Assembly (NCBI GenBank): GCA_963732385.1
Contig: CAVSZB010000004.1
Span: forward strand, 64,001-128,000
Length of the DNA: 64,000 nt
Source of the DNA: an uncultured bacterium
GTDB taxonomy: Bacteria; Krumholzibacteriota; Krumholzibacteriia; LZORAL124-64-63
Direction of reading: 5' to 3'
The translations under genes and the position numbers were made by a program. Below, one piece after another: positions 48,244 through 58,690 of the stretch. The notes below the pieces were generated by a model that worked only from the letters and a program-made list of their open reading frames with translations, was not told the origin of the DNA and did no database searches. Within the stretch, counting starts at the first letter, position 1. The number at the start of each line of letters is the position of its first letter.

Positions 48244-49227
48244 ATGTCCGACCCAACGCCGCGGCGCGCGGGGCGTCGTCTCGTGATCGCCCTCGGCGGC
48301 AATGCGATCCTGCCCGCCGGCACGCGGGGGACGTACGAAGAACAGCTCGATGTCACGACCCGCACCATGGATCAGGTGGCCACGCTGGCCGGTGAGGGAT
48401 ACCAGATCGTGCTGACGCACGGCAACGGACCGATCGTTGGCAACATCGTGCTGCGCAATGATGCCGGCCTTACTCTGCACAACATCCCGCCCATGCCGCT
48501 GCACGTCTGTGGCGCCGACTCCCAGGGCGGCATCGGCTATATGCTCCAGCAGGCGCTCCAGAACAGCCTGCGCGCCCGTGATCTGCACCGTCCGGTCGCG
48601 TCGGTGGTGACACAGGTCATCGTCGACCGTGACGACCCCGCCTTCCGCAAGCCGACCAAGCCGATCGGCCCGTTCTACGATGCGGCGCGCGCCGAGACCC
48701 TGCGGCGCGAGTTCGGCTGGACCATCATCGAGGATGCCGGCCGTGGCTTCCGGCGCGTCGTGCCGAGTCCCCGCCCGCGCGAGGTCGTCGAGTGGGAGGC
48801 GATCCAGGCGCTGATCGAGGCGGGCGTGATCGCGGTCGCGGTCGGAGGCGGGGGTGTGCCGGTCGCGCGGGACGCCGACGGCGATCTTGCCGGGGTGGAC
48901 GCGGTCATCGACAAGGACCGGGCCTCGGCACTGCTGGCAGGCCTGATCGGCGCCGACACGCTGGCCATCATCACCTCCGTGAATCGCGTCTACCTGCGGT
49001 TCGGCACGCCCGAGGCGGTGGCGCTCGACACGTTCGATGCCGCGCGCGCGGCGGCGCTGCTCGCCGCGGGCGAGTTTCCCGCCGGCAGCATGGGGCCGAA
49101 GATCGAGTCGGCGCTCGCCTTTCTCGAGGCGGGAGGCCGCGAGGTGATCATTACCGATCCCGATTCGTTGCACGCCTCGCTGCAGGGACGTGCCGGCACC
49201 CGTATCGTGCCGGCGCCGGCCGCCTGA
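48244..49227 (+). CDS. arcC: Carbamate kinase
   Basis: ALGGNA, THGNGP, PTKPIGPFY, RRVVPSPRP, AVIDKD and GSMGPK. Confidence 0.95.
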   Translation: MSDPTPRRAGRRLVIALGGNAILPAGTRGTYEEQLDVTTRTMDQVATLAGEGYQIVLTHGNGPIVGNIVLRNDAGLTLHNIPPMPLHVCGADSQGGIGYMLQQALQNSLRARDLHRPVASVVTQVIVDRDDPAFRKPTKPIGPFYDAARAETLRREFGWTIIEDAGRGFRRVVPSPRPREVVEWEAIQALIEAGVIAVAVGGGGVPVARDADGDLAGVDAVIDKDRASALLAGLIGADTLAIITSVNRVYLRFGTPEAVALDTFDAARAAALLAAGEFPAGSMGPKIESALAFLEAGGREVIITDPDSLHASLQGRAGTRIVPAPAA

Positions 49228-49316
49228 GCGCGTCGCCCGGCCGCGGGATCTCTCGCCAGTCCCTCCTTGCCGCTGGCGCGCACGTCGGACTATGGTGATC
49301 CGCGCCGGGAGGGGCC

Positions 49317-50651
49317 ATGGCCGTCAGGATTCTTATCGTCGGCGCCGGTGGGCGGGAGCACGCCCTGGCTCGCCAACTGGCGCTCTCGCCGCAGCGCCCC
49401 GTGATCTTCGTCGCCCCGGGCAATCCCGGCACGGCCGCAGTGGCGCGGAATGTTCCGCTCACCGCCGATGCCCCCGACCGTCTTGCCGCTTTCTGCCAGG
49501 ATGAGCAGATCGGCCTCGTCATCATCGGTCCCGAGGATCCCCTCATCGCCGGTCTCGCCGATAGCCTGCGCGCTGCCGGGCTGGCGGTTTTCGGTCCGGG
49601 GGCGGACGGCGCCCGGATCGAGGGCGACAAGGGGTGGGCCAAGGAGATCCTGGCGGCGGCCGGAGTGCCGACCGCCCCGTACGCCCTTTTCGACAATCGC
49701 GTCGATGCTCTGGCCTATCTCGACGGGGTGGCCTGTCCGGTCGTCGTCAAGGCGGTCGGCGCGGCGCAGGGCAAGGGGGTGGCGGTCTGTCCCGACCGTG
49801 CCTCGGCGGTAGCCCATGTGGAGGCCTGCCTGGGCGAGCGGCGCTTTGGCCGGGCGGGGGAACGGGTACTGATCGAGAGCTGCCTCGAAGGTCCGGAGCT
49901 GTCGGTGTTGGCCGTGACCGACGGTCGCGACTACGCCCTGCTCGCCCCCGCGCGCGATCACAAGCGGGTTGGCGATGGCGACACCGGGCCGAACACCGGG
50001 GGGATGGGCGCCTTCGCGCCGGTTCCGTTCGGAGATCCGTCGCTCGGCGGGGTGATCGCGCGACGGGTGATCGAACCGACGCTCGCGGAACTGCGCCGGC
50101 GCGCCATCGACTTCCGCGGTGTGCTGTACGCGGGCCTGATGCTGACCGCCTCCGGTCCGCAGGTGCTGGAGTTCAACTGCCGCTTCGGCGATCCGGAAAC
50201 CCAGGCGGTGCTGCCGCTGCTGCGGGGCGATTTCCTGGCGCTCGTGCAGGCGACGGCCGCCGGTCGCCTCGGTGAGTATCTGGCGCAACTGCCGCCGCCC
50301 GGCCTCCTGGCGCCGTGCGACTGGCCCGGCGCATCGCTCACCGACTGGACACGTGCCTGCGTGGCGGTCGTGGGCGCGGCCGCCGGTTACCCGGGACCGT
50401 ACGTGCGCGGCACGGCGGTGCAACTGCCGGCCGCTCCCGGCGACGAGGCATGGATCGTCCAGGCCGGGACCGCGCTCGTGGACGGACGGCTTCTCTCGGC
50501 CGGCGGGCGGATGCTGGCGGCGGTCGGCCTGGGCGCCGACGTGGCGCGGGCCCGCGACCGCGCCTACGCCCTGATGTCCGGGATTTCCTCGGTCGGCCTG
50601 CACTACCGGCGCGACATCGCGCGCGAGTCCGGGGCGCGGGCGGAGGTGTGA
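49317..50651 (+). CDS. purD: Phosphoribosylamine--glycine ligase
   Basis: GAGGREHAL, GPNTGGMGA and LEFNCRFGDPETQ. Confidence 0.96.
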   Translation: MAVRILIVGAGGREHALARQLALSPQRPVIFVAPGNPGTAAVARNVPLTADAPDRLAAFCQDEQIGLVIIGPEDPLIAGLADSLRAAGLAVFGPGADGARIEGDKGWAKEILAAAGVPTAPYALFDNRVDALAYLDGVACPVVVKAVGAAQGKGVAVCPDRASAVAHVEACLGERRFGRAGERVLIESCLEGPELSVLAVTDGRDYALLAPARDHKRVGDGDTGPNTGGMGAFAPVPFGDPSLGGVIARRVIEPTLAELRRRAIDFRGVLYAGLMLTASGPQVLEFNCRFGDPETQAVLPLLRGDFLALVQATAAGRLGEYLAQLPPPGLLAPCDWPGASLTDWTRACVAVVGAAAGYPGPYVRGTAVQLPAAPGDEAWIVQAGTALVDGRLLSAGGRMLAAVGLGADVARARDRAYALMSGISSVGLHYRRDIARESGARAEV

Positions 50652-50653
50652 CG

Positions 50654-51142
50654 ATGGCAGTGCGCCGGGCCGCGGCCAGACCGCGGGTGATGATTCTCGT
50701 GGGCAGCGCCTCCGACCTGCCGGTGACGGAAGGGGCTCTGCCGCTGCTGGAGCGTTTCGGCCTGCCTTGCCGCGTCGAGGTTGCCTCCGCGCACCGCCAG
50801 CCGGAGCGGCTGCGTCGACTCGTGGCCGCGGCGGAGCGGGCCGGGGTGGAGGTGTTCATCGCGGTGGCCGGGATGGCCGCGCATCTGCCGGGAGTGGTGG
50901 CGTCCCTCACTGCGCGTCCGGTGATCGGCGTGCCGGTGGCCGCCGGGCCGCTGGCCGGGATCGATGCCCTGCTGTCGATGGTGCAGATGCCGCCCGGCGT
51001 GCCGGTGGCCACTGTGGCCATCGGCCCGGCCGGCGCCCGCAACGCGGCGGTGCTGGCGGCGCGTATCCTCGCTTTGGGGGACGTCGCGGTGGCGGCGCGG
51101 CTGCGGGCCTATCGTCGTGCGCTGGCGCACGGCGGGAAGTAG
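50654..51142 (+). CDS. purE: N5-carboxyaminoimidazole ribonucleotide mutase
   Basis: GSASD, SAHR, AAHLPG and VQMPPGVPVATV. Confidence 0.96.
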   Translation: MAVRRAAARPRVMILVGSASDLPVTEGALPLLERFGLPCRVEVASAHRQPERLRRLVAAAERAGVEVFIAVAGMAAHLPGVVASLTARPVIGVPVAAGPLAGIDALLSMVQMPPGVPVATVAIGPAGARNAAVLAARILALGDVAVAARLRAYRRALAHGGK

Positions 51143-51145
51143 CCG

Positions 51146-51775
51146 GTGCGGCGCCTGCGTGATCCTGCCGAGGCGGCGCGACTCCTCGCCGGAGGCGGTG
51201 TCGTGCTGTTGCCGACCGACACCCTCCCGGGACTGCACTGCCGCGCCGATGCGGCGCAGGCGGTGGCGCGTCTGCAGGAGATCAAGGAGCGCGATCCGGC
51301 CCGGCCGCTGCTGCTGCTCTGCGCTGACGAGGCGCAGGCCTTCGCCCTCGCCGCGCCGCTTTCCGAGCTGGTCGCCACCTATGCGCGGCGCTGTTGGCCA
51401 GGTCCCTTCACGCTGGTGTTGCCACGCGGCGCGGCGGCGCCGGCGGCGGTCTGCGGCGCGGGCGGTACGGTGGCCTGCCGGGTGCCGGCCCCGGCGGCGC
51501 TGCGGGCGCTGGTGCTCGCTGCGGGGGGCCCGCTGGTTTCGACCAGCGCGAACCGTACCGGTGAGTCACCCTGTCCGACTCTGGACGCTGCGGTGGTGCT
51601 TTTTGGCAATCAGGTGGACGCCGTACTGGAGGGGTGGCTGCCGGAGGCGGCGGTGCCCCCCGGCCCGTCCGCCCTGCTGGACCTGGCGGTCTGGCCGCCC
51701 CGCCTGTTGCGTCCGGGATCGTGCCAGGCTCCTGAGTGGGGGGCGATCGACGGCCCTGACAGGGCATCGTCTTGA
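51146..51775 (+). CDS. tsaC: L-threonylcarbamoyladenylate synthase (TsaC/Sua5/YwlC)
   Basis: PTDT, K.R, WPGPFTLVL and STSAN. Confidence 0.88.
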   Translation: MRRLRDPAEAARLLAGGGVVLLPTDTLPGLHCRADAAQAVARLQEIKERDPARPLLLLCADEAQAFALAAPLSELVATYARRCWPGPFTLVLPRGAAAPAAVCGAGGTVACRVPAPAALRALVLAAGGPLVSTSANRTGESPCPTLDAAVVLFGNQVDAVLEGWLPEAAVPPGPSALLDLAVWPPRLLRPGSCQAPEWGAIDGPDRASS

Positions 51776-51824
51776 CGGGAAGCGCCATTCTTACCAGCTT
51801 GTTGGCAGGAAGTTAACGCGATCC

Positions 51825-52337
51825 ATGGTGAATTCGCTCAAAGTGATGTTCCTCTGTGTCGGCAACACCTGTCGCAGCCCGCTCGTGGAGGGACTGGCGC
51901 GACACAGGTATGGCGGATCGGCGGTGCAGTTCACCTCTGCCGGGCTGCACGCCGCCGCCGGACAGCCGGCCAGCGACGGTTCCCTGCTGATGGCGGCTGA
52001 ACTGGGGTTTGACCTTTCCGGGCACCGGTCCCGGCCGTTGACCGCTGAATCGCTGGTCGGGACCGCCTGGGTCGTTGCGATGACGCGAGACCAGGTGGCG
52101 CAGGTGCGGGTCCGTTTTCCCAACTACCGCGGGCGGCTCGGTCTGCTCGGTCTGCCGGGTGTGGATCTGGCGGTCGTTGAGGACGCGTCCGGCGGGGAAG
52201 AGGTAGCCGACCCCTACGGGGAGCCGCTGGCCGGCTACCATCGCATGACCGATCAGGTGGCGCGCCTGCTCGAGGGATGGCGCGCCCTCTTCGCCGCCGC
52301 GGATGGTTCGCGGCCAGGCACGGGAGACGGCGCATGA
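51825..52337 (+). CDS. Low-molecular-weight protein phosphatase (YwlE-like, possible arginine phosphatase)
   Basis: CVGNTCRSP P-loop, SAG and DPYG. Confidence 0.88.
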   Translation: MVNSLKVMFLCVGNTCRSPLVEGLARHRYGGSAVQFTSAGLHAAAGQPASDGSLLMAAELGFDLSGHRSRPLTAESLVGTAWVVAMTRDQVAQVRVRFPNYRGRLGLLGLPGVDLAVVEDASGGEEVADPYGEPLAGYHRMTDQVARLLEGWRALFAAADGSRPGTGDGA

Positions 52338-52837
52338 GGATCGCGATCGGGGCCGATCACCGGGGCTACGCGCACAAGGCGGCGCTTTCGGCGTGGCTGC
52401 TCGCGGCCGGTCACGAGGTGGTCGACCTGGGAGGGCAGCCGCCTGCCGGCATCGACTACCCGGAGCCGGCGCTGGCCGTGGGCGAAGCGGTCGCCGCCGG
52501 TAGCTGCGCGCTTGGAGTGCTGGTGTGCGGTTCCGGGATCGGCGTCAGCATTGCCGCCAACAAGGTGGCGGGCGTGCGTGCCGCGCGCTGCTGCAGCGTG
52601 GAGGATGCCCGTGCCTCGCGACGCCACAACGACGCGAATGTCCTGTGCCTGAGCGGCGACGGGACGACACCGGAGCAGGCCCGGGAGATCCTCCAGGCCT
52701 GGCTCGATACGACGTTCGAGGGCGGCCGTCACGCGCGACGGGTCGACCGCATCACGACCTACGATGCCGGACGCGGGGAGGTCGGCGGTACGCCGCCACA
52801 GTCCCGGCGCGGGCCACAGGAGGCAGATCCGTCATGA
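52334..52837 (+). CDS. rpiB: Ribose 5-phosphate isomerase B
   Basis: GADHRG, CGSGIG, ANKV.G.RA, HNDANVL and FEGGRH. Confidence 0.95.
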   Translation: MRIAIGADHRGYAHKAALSAWLLAAGHEVVDLGGQPPAGIDYPEPALAVGEAVAAGSCALGVLVCGSGIGVSIAANKVAGVRAARCCSVEDARASRRHNDANVLCLSGDGTTPEQAREILQAWLDTTFEGGRHARRVDRITTYDAGRGEVGGTPPQSRRGPQEADPS

Positions 52838-54093
52838 CCATGGACAGCGCCCCCGATCCGCTGCTGACGACCGATCCGGAAATCGCCCGCATTGTGGCGG
52901 CGGAACTGGCGCGACAGCGCGACCAGCTGGAAATGATCGCCAGCGAGAATTTCACCAGCCGCGCCGTGCTCGCCGCGATGGGCAGTGTGCTGACCAACAA
53001 GTACGCCGAGGGCTACCCGAAGAAGCGCTACTACGGTGGCTGCGAGCACGTGGACGAGGCGGAGGAGCTGGCGCGCGGCCGCGCCTGCGCGCTGTTCGGC
53101 GCGGAGCACGCGAACGTGCAGCCCCACTCCGGCTCGACCGCCAACATGATCGCCTATCTGGCCTTCCTCAAGCCGGGCGACAAGCTGCTCGGTCTGTCGC
53201 TGTCGCACGGCGGCCACCTGACGCACGGCCATCCGGTGAACTTTTCCGGTCTGCTGTTCGAGGCGGTGCACTACGAGGTTGAACCGGGCACGGAGACGAT
53301 CGACTACGACCGGCTGCGGGAGCAGGCGTTGCGCGAGCGGCCGAAGATGATCGTGGGGGGCGCGAGCGCCTACCCGCGCTTCTGGGACTACGCGGCCATG
53401 CGGTCGATCGCGGATGAGATCGGCGCGGTGTTCGTTTTCGACATGGCCCACATTGCCGGGCTGGTGGCGGGCGGTGTCCACCCGAGCCCCGTGCCGTTCT
53501 GCGACGTGGTCACCACCACGACCCACAAGACGCTCCGCGGGCCGCGCGGCGGTCTGATCCTCTGCCGTGGGGTGCACGCCAAGGCGATCGACAAGCTCAA
53601 CTTCCCTGGCATCCAGGGCGGTCCGTTCATGCACGTCATCGCCGCCAAGGCGGTCTGCCTGCACGAGGCGATGCAGGAACCTTTCCGGGCCTGGGCGCGC
53701 CGCGTCGTTGACAATGCGCAGGCGCTCGCGAAGGGGCTGCTCTCCCGGGGCTTCCACCTCGTCAGCGGCGGCACCGACAACCACCTGCTGCTGGTGAACG
53801 TGACCAACAAGGGGCTCACCGGCAAGGAGATGGAGGCCCTGCTCCACCAGGTCGGAATCACCGTCAACAAGAACACGGTCCCGTTCGACCAGAACAGCCC
53901 GTTCGTCACGAGCGGCGTGCGGATCGGCACGCCCGCCCTGACCACGCGGGGCATGGGGACAGTCGAGATGGAGCGCATCGCGGCGATCATCGACGGCGCC
54001 GTCGCCGCGCGCGGCGATGCAGACGCGCTGGCGCGACTGCACGGCGGGAGCGAGGAACTGGCCCGCGCCTTCCCGCTCTATCCCGAACTGTGA
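52834..54093 (+). CDS. glyA: Serine hydroxymethyltransferase
   Basis: [19 protein letters not shown] and [14 protein letters not shown]. Confidence 0.98.
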   Translation: MTMDSAPDPLLTTDPEIARIVAAELARQRDQLEMIASENFTSRAVLAAMGSVLTNKYAEGYPKKRYYGGCEHVDEAEELARGRACALFGAEHANVQPHSGSTANMIAYLAFLKPGDKLLGLSLSHGGHLTHGHPVNFSGLLFEAVHYEVEPGTETIDYDRLREQALRERPKMIVGGASAYPRFWDYAAMRSIADEIGAVFVFDMAHIAGLVAGGVHPSPVPFCDVVTTTTHKTLRGPRGGLILCRGVHAKAIDKLNFPGIQGGPFMHVIAAKAVCLHEAMQEPFRAWARRVVDNAQALAKGLLSRGFHLVSGGTDNHLLLVNVTNKGLTGKEMEALLHQVGITVNKNTVPFDQNSPFVTSGVRIGTPALTTRGMGTVEMERIAAIIDGAVAARGDADALARLHGGSEELARAFPLYPEL

Positions 54094-54112
54094 GCGGAGG
54101 AGGCGTTTCGCC

Positions 54113-54580
54113 GTGAGGTGCCCGCGCTGCGCGGACGACAACGACCGCGTCATCGATTCGCGCGCGGTGCGTGAAGGGAACGCGGTCCGCCGGCGCCGCG
54201 AATGTCTCGTCTGTGGCGAGCGCTTCACCACCTATGAGGCGGTCGAGACCCGTCCGCTGCTCGTCATCAAGAAGGATGGCAGGCGCGTGCCGTATGACCG
54301 CGCCCGGGTGATGAACGGCATGGCGAAGGCGTGCGAGAAGCGACCGGTTTCCCTGGAGCGCCTGGAGGCGATCGCAGACTTCGTCGAGCGCGAGGCCGGC
54401 GGCAGCCTGGCGCGGGAGATCCCGTCACAGACGATCGGGCGTCTGGTGATGGAGCAGTTGCGGGAGGTGGACGAGGTGGCCTATGTGCGCTTCGCCTCGG
54501 TCTACCGCTCCTTCCGGGACGTGGAGGAGTTCATGAGGGAGCTGCGCGGCCTGCTCGCGGGGCGGGAGGACCAACCGTGA
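54113..54580 (+). CDS. nrdR: Transcriptional repressor NrdR
   Basis: CP.C...VIDSR...RRRREC..C..RFTTYE, ATP cone and AYVRFASVY. Confidence 0.96.
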   Translation: MRCPRCADDNDRVIDSRAVREGNAVRRRRECLVCGERFTTYEAVETRPLLVIKKDGRRVPYDRARVMNGMAKACEKRPVSLERLEAIADFVEREAGGSLAREIPSQTIGRLVMEQLREVDEVAYVRFASVYRSFRDVEEFMRELRGLLAGREDQP

Positions 54581-55365
54581 CCACCCCCTCCGGGTCGATG
54601 CCGGTTTCCGCTTCGCCGCCCGACGAACCGCGCTCCGGCCTGACCCTGCTCGGCCACCTCGCGGAATTACGCAGCGTGCTCCTCTCCGCCGCGATCGCCG
54701 TGCTGCTGGCCACCGGGGGCTGCTGGTTCGTGTCGGCCCGCCTGCTCGATCTGCTGGTCAGTCCCATGCGCGCGGCGGGCCACAAGGTGTTCTTCATGGC
54801 GCCGACCGAGGCGTTCATGATGCGCCTGAAAGTGGCGTTCTTCTGCGGGCTGCTGCTGGTGCTGCCGTACGTGCTGGCGAGATTGTACGGCTTCGTCGTG
54901 CCTGGCCTCTACCGGCGGGAGCGCCGGGTCGCGACGCCGCTGATCCTCAGTTCCGTGCTGCTTTTCTATGCGGGCGTGGCGTTCGCCTTCTTCCTGCTGG
55001 TGCCGCAGGTGGTGCGGATCCTGATCGGCTTCGGCACCGCGGAAGTCCAGCCGCTGATCGGCGTCGGCCAGTACATCTCCTTCGTGGCCCAGCTCTGTTT
55101 CGCGTTCGGACTGGTCTTCGAGCTGCCGCTGGTGGTGTTGCTGCTGAGCTGGCTCGGCATCGTCCAGCCGCGCGCGCTGCTGCGCACCTGGCGCTACGCC
55201 GTGGTCATCATCGCCTTCGTTTCGGCCGTGCTCACCCCCGGCCCGGATGTCGTCTCGCAACTGGTCATGGCGGTTCCGGTGACTTTCCTGTATCTCTCAT
55301 CGGCGCTTGTCGCCCTCGTCGTCACCCGCCGACGCCGCGCACCGGCCCCCTCAGATGGGGATTGA
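54577..55365 (+). CDS. tatC: Twin-arginine translocase subunit TatC
   Basis: HLAELR, PTEAF, FVVPGLY..E, FELP and LTPGPD. Confidence 0.93.
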   Translation: MTTPSGSMPVSASPPDEPRSGLTLLGHLAELRSVLLSAAIAVLLATGGCWFVSARLLDLLVSPMRAAGHKVFFMAPTEAFMMRLKVAFFCGLLLVLPYVLARLYGFVVPGLYRRERRVATPLILSSVLLFYAGVAFAFFLLVPQVVRILIGFGTAEVQPLIGVGQYISFVAQLCFAFGLVFELPLVVLLLSWLGIVQPRALLRTWRYAVVIIAFVSAVLTPGPDVVSQLVMAVPVTFLYLSSALVALVVTRRRRAPAPSDGD

Positions 55366-55437
55366 CACGAGCGGTATTTTCAGGCTAAGTATAATATTCA
55401 TTGATAGATGCCCCGATGGCTGGAGGGTCGGAGCCCC

Positions 55438-56442
55438 ATGTCGCTGGTGGACCGCGAACGCATCAAACTGCTGACTCTGCAACGGATCGTCGCGCCCGAA
55501 CTGGAACGGTTCGAGGTGGAGTTGGCGACCCTGATGGCAGGAGGAACGTCGCTCGCGCGCGAGATCTGCGACCACATCCAGCAGGGGCGCAGCAAGCGCT
55601 TCAGGCCGACCCTTCTCTTGCTGGCCGCCAAGGCGGAGGGGCCGGTTGACGAACGGGCTGTCGCGGCGGCAGCCAGTGTCGAGTTGGTCCACAACGCCAC
55701 CCTCGTCCACGATGACTTCATCGACGGTGCGCTCACGCGGCGCGGTCTGCCGAGTGTCAACCGGGCGTGGGGCGGGGCGGCCGCCCTGATCATGGGCGAT
55801 TATCTCTACGCCCGGGCGCTGGATGTCCTGTGCCGGCGGGGTCTTGATGACGCCGTCCGTCAGCTCGCCGCCACCACGTTCCTGATGAGCGAGGCGGAGA
55901 TGCTGCAGCTGGAATCGAAGTTCTCGCTGGCCGTGGACGAAGCGCTCTATCTGCGCATCATCGCCGGCAAGACCGCCTCGCTGATCGAGACAGCCTGCGA
56001 AATCGGCGCTTCCTTCAATCCGCGCGCCAACGGCCATGGCGCCGCTTTCGGTCGCTTCGGCCGGAAGGTCGGACTTGTCTTCCAGATCACAGACGATATT
56101 TTCGACTACCTCGGCGACGAACGGCGGCTCGGCAAGCCGATCGGCCAGGATTGGGAGGAGGGGCGGGTCACGCTGCCGCTGATCGCCTCCCTGCGCCAGG
56201 CGCCCCCCGCCGCGAGCGCGGCCTTCACCGCGGCGGCGGCTGGCGCGACCGGCGCGGCCTGGAAGGATCTGTGGCCTCAGGTGAAGGCTTTCGTGGGTGA
56301 GCACGGCGGAGTGGACTACGCCCGCGCCCTGGCCCGGCAGTACAGCGAAGAGGCCAGGGCGGAGCTGGCCCCCGTCGCGGCGGGACCGCAGAAGGAACTG
56401 CTGGCGGCCGCGGCGGAGTACGTTATTCATCGCCTCAACTGA
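55438..56442 (+). CDS. Polyprenyl diphosphate synthase
   Basis: KRFRP, LVHDDFID (FARM), GKTASL and FQITDDIFD (SARM). Confidence 0.93.
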   Translation: MSLVDRERIKLLTLQRIVAPELERFEVELATLMAGGTSLAREICDHIQQGRSKRFRPTLLLLAAKAEGPVDERAVAAAASVELVHNATLVHDDFIDGALTRRGLPSVNRAWGGAAALIMGDYLYARALDVLCRRGLDDAVRQLAATTFLMSEAEMLQLESKFSLAVDEALYLRIIAGKTASLIETACEIGASFNPRANGHGAAFGRFGRKVGLVFQITDDIFDYLGDERRLGKPIGQDWEEGRVTLPLIASLRQAPPAASAAFTAAAAGATGAAWKDLWPQVKAFVGEHGGVDYARALARQYSEEARAELAPVAAGPQKELLAAAAEYVIHRLN

Positions 56443-56486
56443 CGATCCGTCCCGGCGCGGCGCTGCGCCCGGGCGCGGACGGGAGC

Positions 56487-56954
56487 ATGAGCCCATTGCC
56501 ACCATCTTTGTCCCCTCTCGAGAGCGCTCCGGGCTACCTCCTGGCGGAGTCGGCCGCCTGGTGGGCCCTTTCCCGCCGGGCCGAGAACGTCTGCGTGCTC
56601 GACCTGCGCGGGCGATCTGATGTCTGTGACTTTTTCGTGCTCGCCACCGGCGCGGTCGAAACCCAGGTGCGCGCCATCTGCGACGCCGTCACCGACGGTC
56701 TGGCGCGCCAGGACCACCACCCGCTCCACGCGGAAGGGACCTCCGCGGGCCGCTGGGCCCTGCTCGACTACGTGGACGTGATCGTGCACGTCTTCCAGCC
56801 GCAGACCCGCCAGTACTACCTGCTGGAGCGGCTGTGGAGCGACGCCGGGAGGGTGGACATCGCGGACGAATTCTTCGCCGACCCCGCCGTGCGGGCGCGG
56901 CACCCCTGGCTGGCCGATGCTCCGGACACGCCGCTTCCGCCGGGACGTCCATGA
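56487..56954 (+). CDS. rsfS: Ribosome silencing factor
   Basis: DFFVLATG, WALLDYVDVIVHVF and YYLLERLWSDA. Confidence 0.93.
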   Translation: MSPLPPSLSPLESAPGYLLAESAAWWALSRRAENVCVLDLRGRSDVCDFFVLATGAVETQVRAICDAVTDGLARQDHHPLHAEGTSAGRWALLDYVDVIVHVFQPQTRQYYLLERLWSDAGRVDIADEFFADPAVRARHPWLADAPDTPLPPGRP

Positions 56955-58690
56955 TCGAGAACCTGATCCGTGAGGGGATCCTCAGCCGTCTGGAGGCCTA
57001 CGGGATCTTCGAAGAGGAGATCGAGGTTGTCGTCGAGAAACCTCGTGAGCGGGAGCACGGGGACCTGAGCACGAGCATCGCGCTCAGTCTGGCCAAGCGC
57101 CTCGACCGCAAGCCGCGAGAGTTGGCGGGGGAGATCGCCGCCGGTCTGAATTTCGCACACGATGTTGTCGAGTCGGTGGAGATCGCCGGTCCCGGTTTCA
57201 TCAACTTCCGCCTCGCGCGGCCGTTCCAGATCAAGCGCCTGCTCGATCTCTGGCGGGGGGAGGGCGAGCGGGCCGCGATCCGCACCGAGGCGGGTCGTCG
57301 TATCAACGTCGAATACATCAGTGCCAATCCGACCGGACCGTTGAACATCGTCTCGGCGCGCGCCGGTGCCTTCGGCGCGGCGCTGGTGCGCCTGCTCGAC
57401 GCGATCGGCTACGATGCGCACAGCGAATATTACGTCAACGATGCGGGCCGCCAGGTGCGCCTGCTTGGCGCCTCGCTGCGCGCGCGTTACCTCCAGTTGT
57501 GCGGCGAGGCGGAACCGTTCCCCGAAGAGGGGTACAAGGGACAGTACCTCGAGGTGATGGCGGAGGAGCTGAGGGGGCTCGACGCGGCGGCCATCCAGGC
57601 GGCCGCCGACACCTTCGCGGACGAGAGCTTCCAGCGTGTGGCGGTGCCGACCGGCACGGCCGAGGATTGGCGGCGCCTTCCTCCCAACGACGCCGTCCGC
57701 TGTTTCTCCAAGTACGCCCTGATGAAAATTCTCGCCTGGCAGCGCGAAACCTGCCGGCGGTTCGGCCTCCGTTTCGACACCTGGTATTTCGAGTCGGAAC
57801 TGCACGAGACCCGCCGTATCGAGCGGGCCCTGGAGCAGCTGCGCAAGCGCGGCGCGATTTTCGACCAGGAGGGGGCGGTCTGGTTCCGTTCCACCTCCTG
57901 GGGCGATGAGAAGGACCGGGTGCTCGTGCGCTCCGACGGCACCCCCACCTATTTCCTGGCGGACATTGCCTACCATCATCACAAGTTCCAGCGCGGATTC
58001 GAGCACGCCATCGATTTCTGGGGGCCCGATCACCATGGGCACATCGCGCGCATGCAGGCCGCGATGACCGCCCTCGGCATTCCCGATGGCTGGCTGGAGA
58101 TCCAGATCCTGCAGCAGGTCAACTTCATCGAGCAGGGGCGCCCGCTCGAGATGTCGAAACGCCAGGGGCAGTTCGTCACCATGGACGCCCTGATCGACGA
58201 AGTGGGCGCGGATGTGGCCAAGTACATCTTTCTCACCCGCAAGCCCAATTCCCACCTCGACTTCGATCTGGATCTGGCGCGGGCCGAGTCGAACGACAAC
58301 CCCGTCTACTACGTCAAGTACGCGCACGCCCGGATCTGCGCGGTGCTGCGCAAGGCCGAGGCGGCGGGCCGCGATCCAGGCGAGCCGTCGGCCGTGGATC
58401 TGGCGCGCCTGGACAATCCCGCCGAGTGGAGTCTGGCCCGCGAGTTGGTGCGGTTGCCGCAGGTGATGGTGGGGGCCGCCCTGGCGCGCGAGCCACATCG
58501 TCTCAGCAGCTACGCGAACGATCTGGCCGGTCTGTTCCACCAGTTCTACCACGACTGCGTCATTCTCAGCGATGACGTCGCTGTCACGCGGGCCCGGCTT
58601 CAGCTCTGTCTGATCACCAGGCTGTTGATCGCCCAGGTGCTCGAACTGATCGGCGTCGAAGCGCCGGAAATCATGGGGGGGAAGGAGTAG
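56951..58690 (+). CDS. argS: Arginine--tRNA ligase
   Basis: AGPGFINF, EYISANPTGPL, EYYVNDAG, MSKRQG and YVKYAHARIC. Confidence 0.96.
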   Translation: MIENLIREGILSRLEAYGIFEEEIEVVVEKPREREHGDLSTSIALSLAKRLDRKPRELAGEIAAGLNFAHDVVESVEIAGPGFINFRLARPFQIKRLLDLWRGEGERAAIRTEAGRRINVEYISANPTGPLNIVSARAGAFGAALVRLLDAIGYDAHSEYYVNDAGRQVRLLGASLRARYLQLCGEAEPFPEEGYKGQYLEVMAEELRGLDAAAIQAAADTFADESFQRVAVPTGTAEDWRRLPPNDAVRCFSKYALMKILAWQRETCRRFGLRFDTWYFESELHETRRIERALEQLRKRGAIFDQEGAVWFRSTSWGDEKDRVLVRSDGTPTYFLADIAYHHHKFQRGFEHAIDFWGPDHHGHIARMQAAMTALGIPDGWLEIQILQQVNFIEQGRPLEMSKRQGQFVTMDALIDEVGADVAKYIFLTRKPNSHLDFDLDLARAESNDNPVYYVKYAHARICAVLRKAEAAGRDPGEPSAVDLARLDNPAEWSLARELVRLPQVMVGAALAREPHRLSSYANDLAGLFHQFYHDCVILSDDVAVTRARLQLCLITRLLIAQVLELIGVEAPEIMGGKE

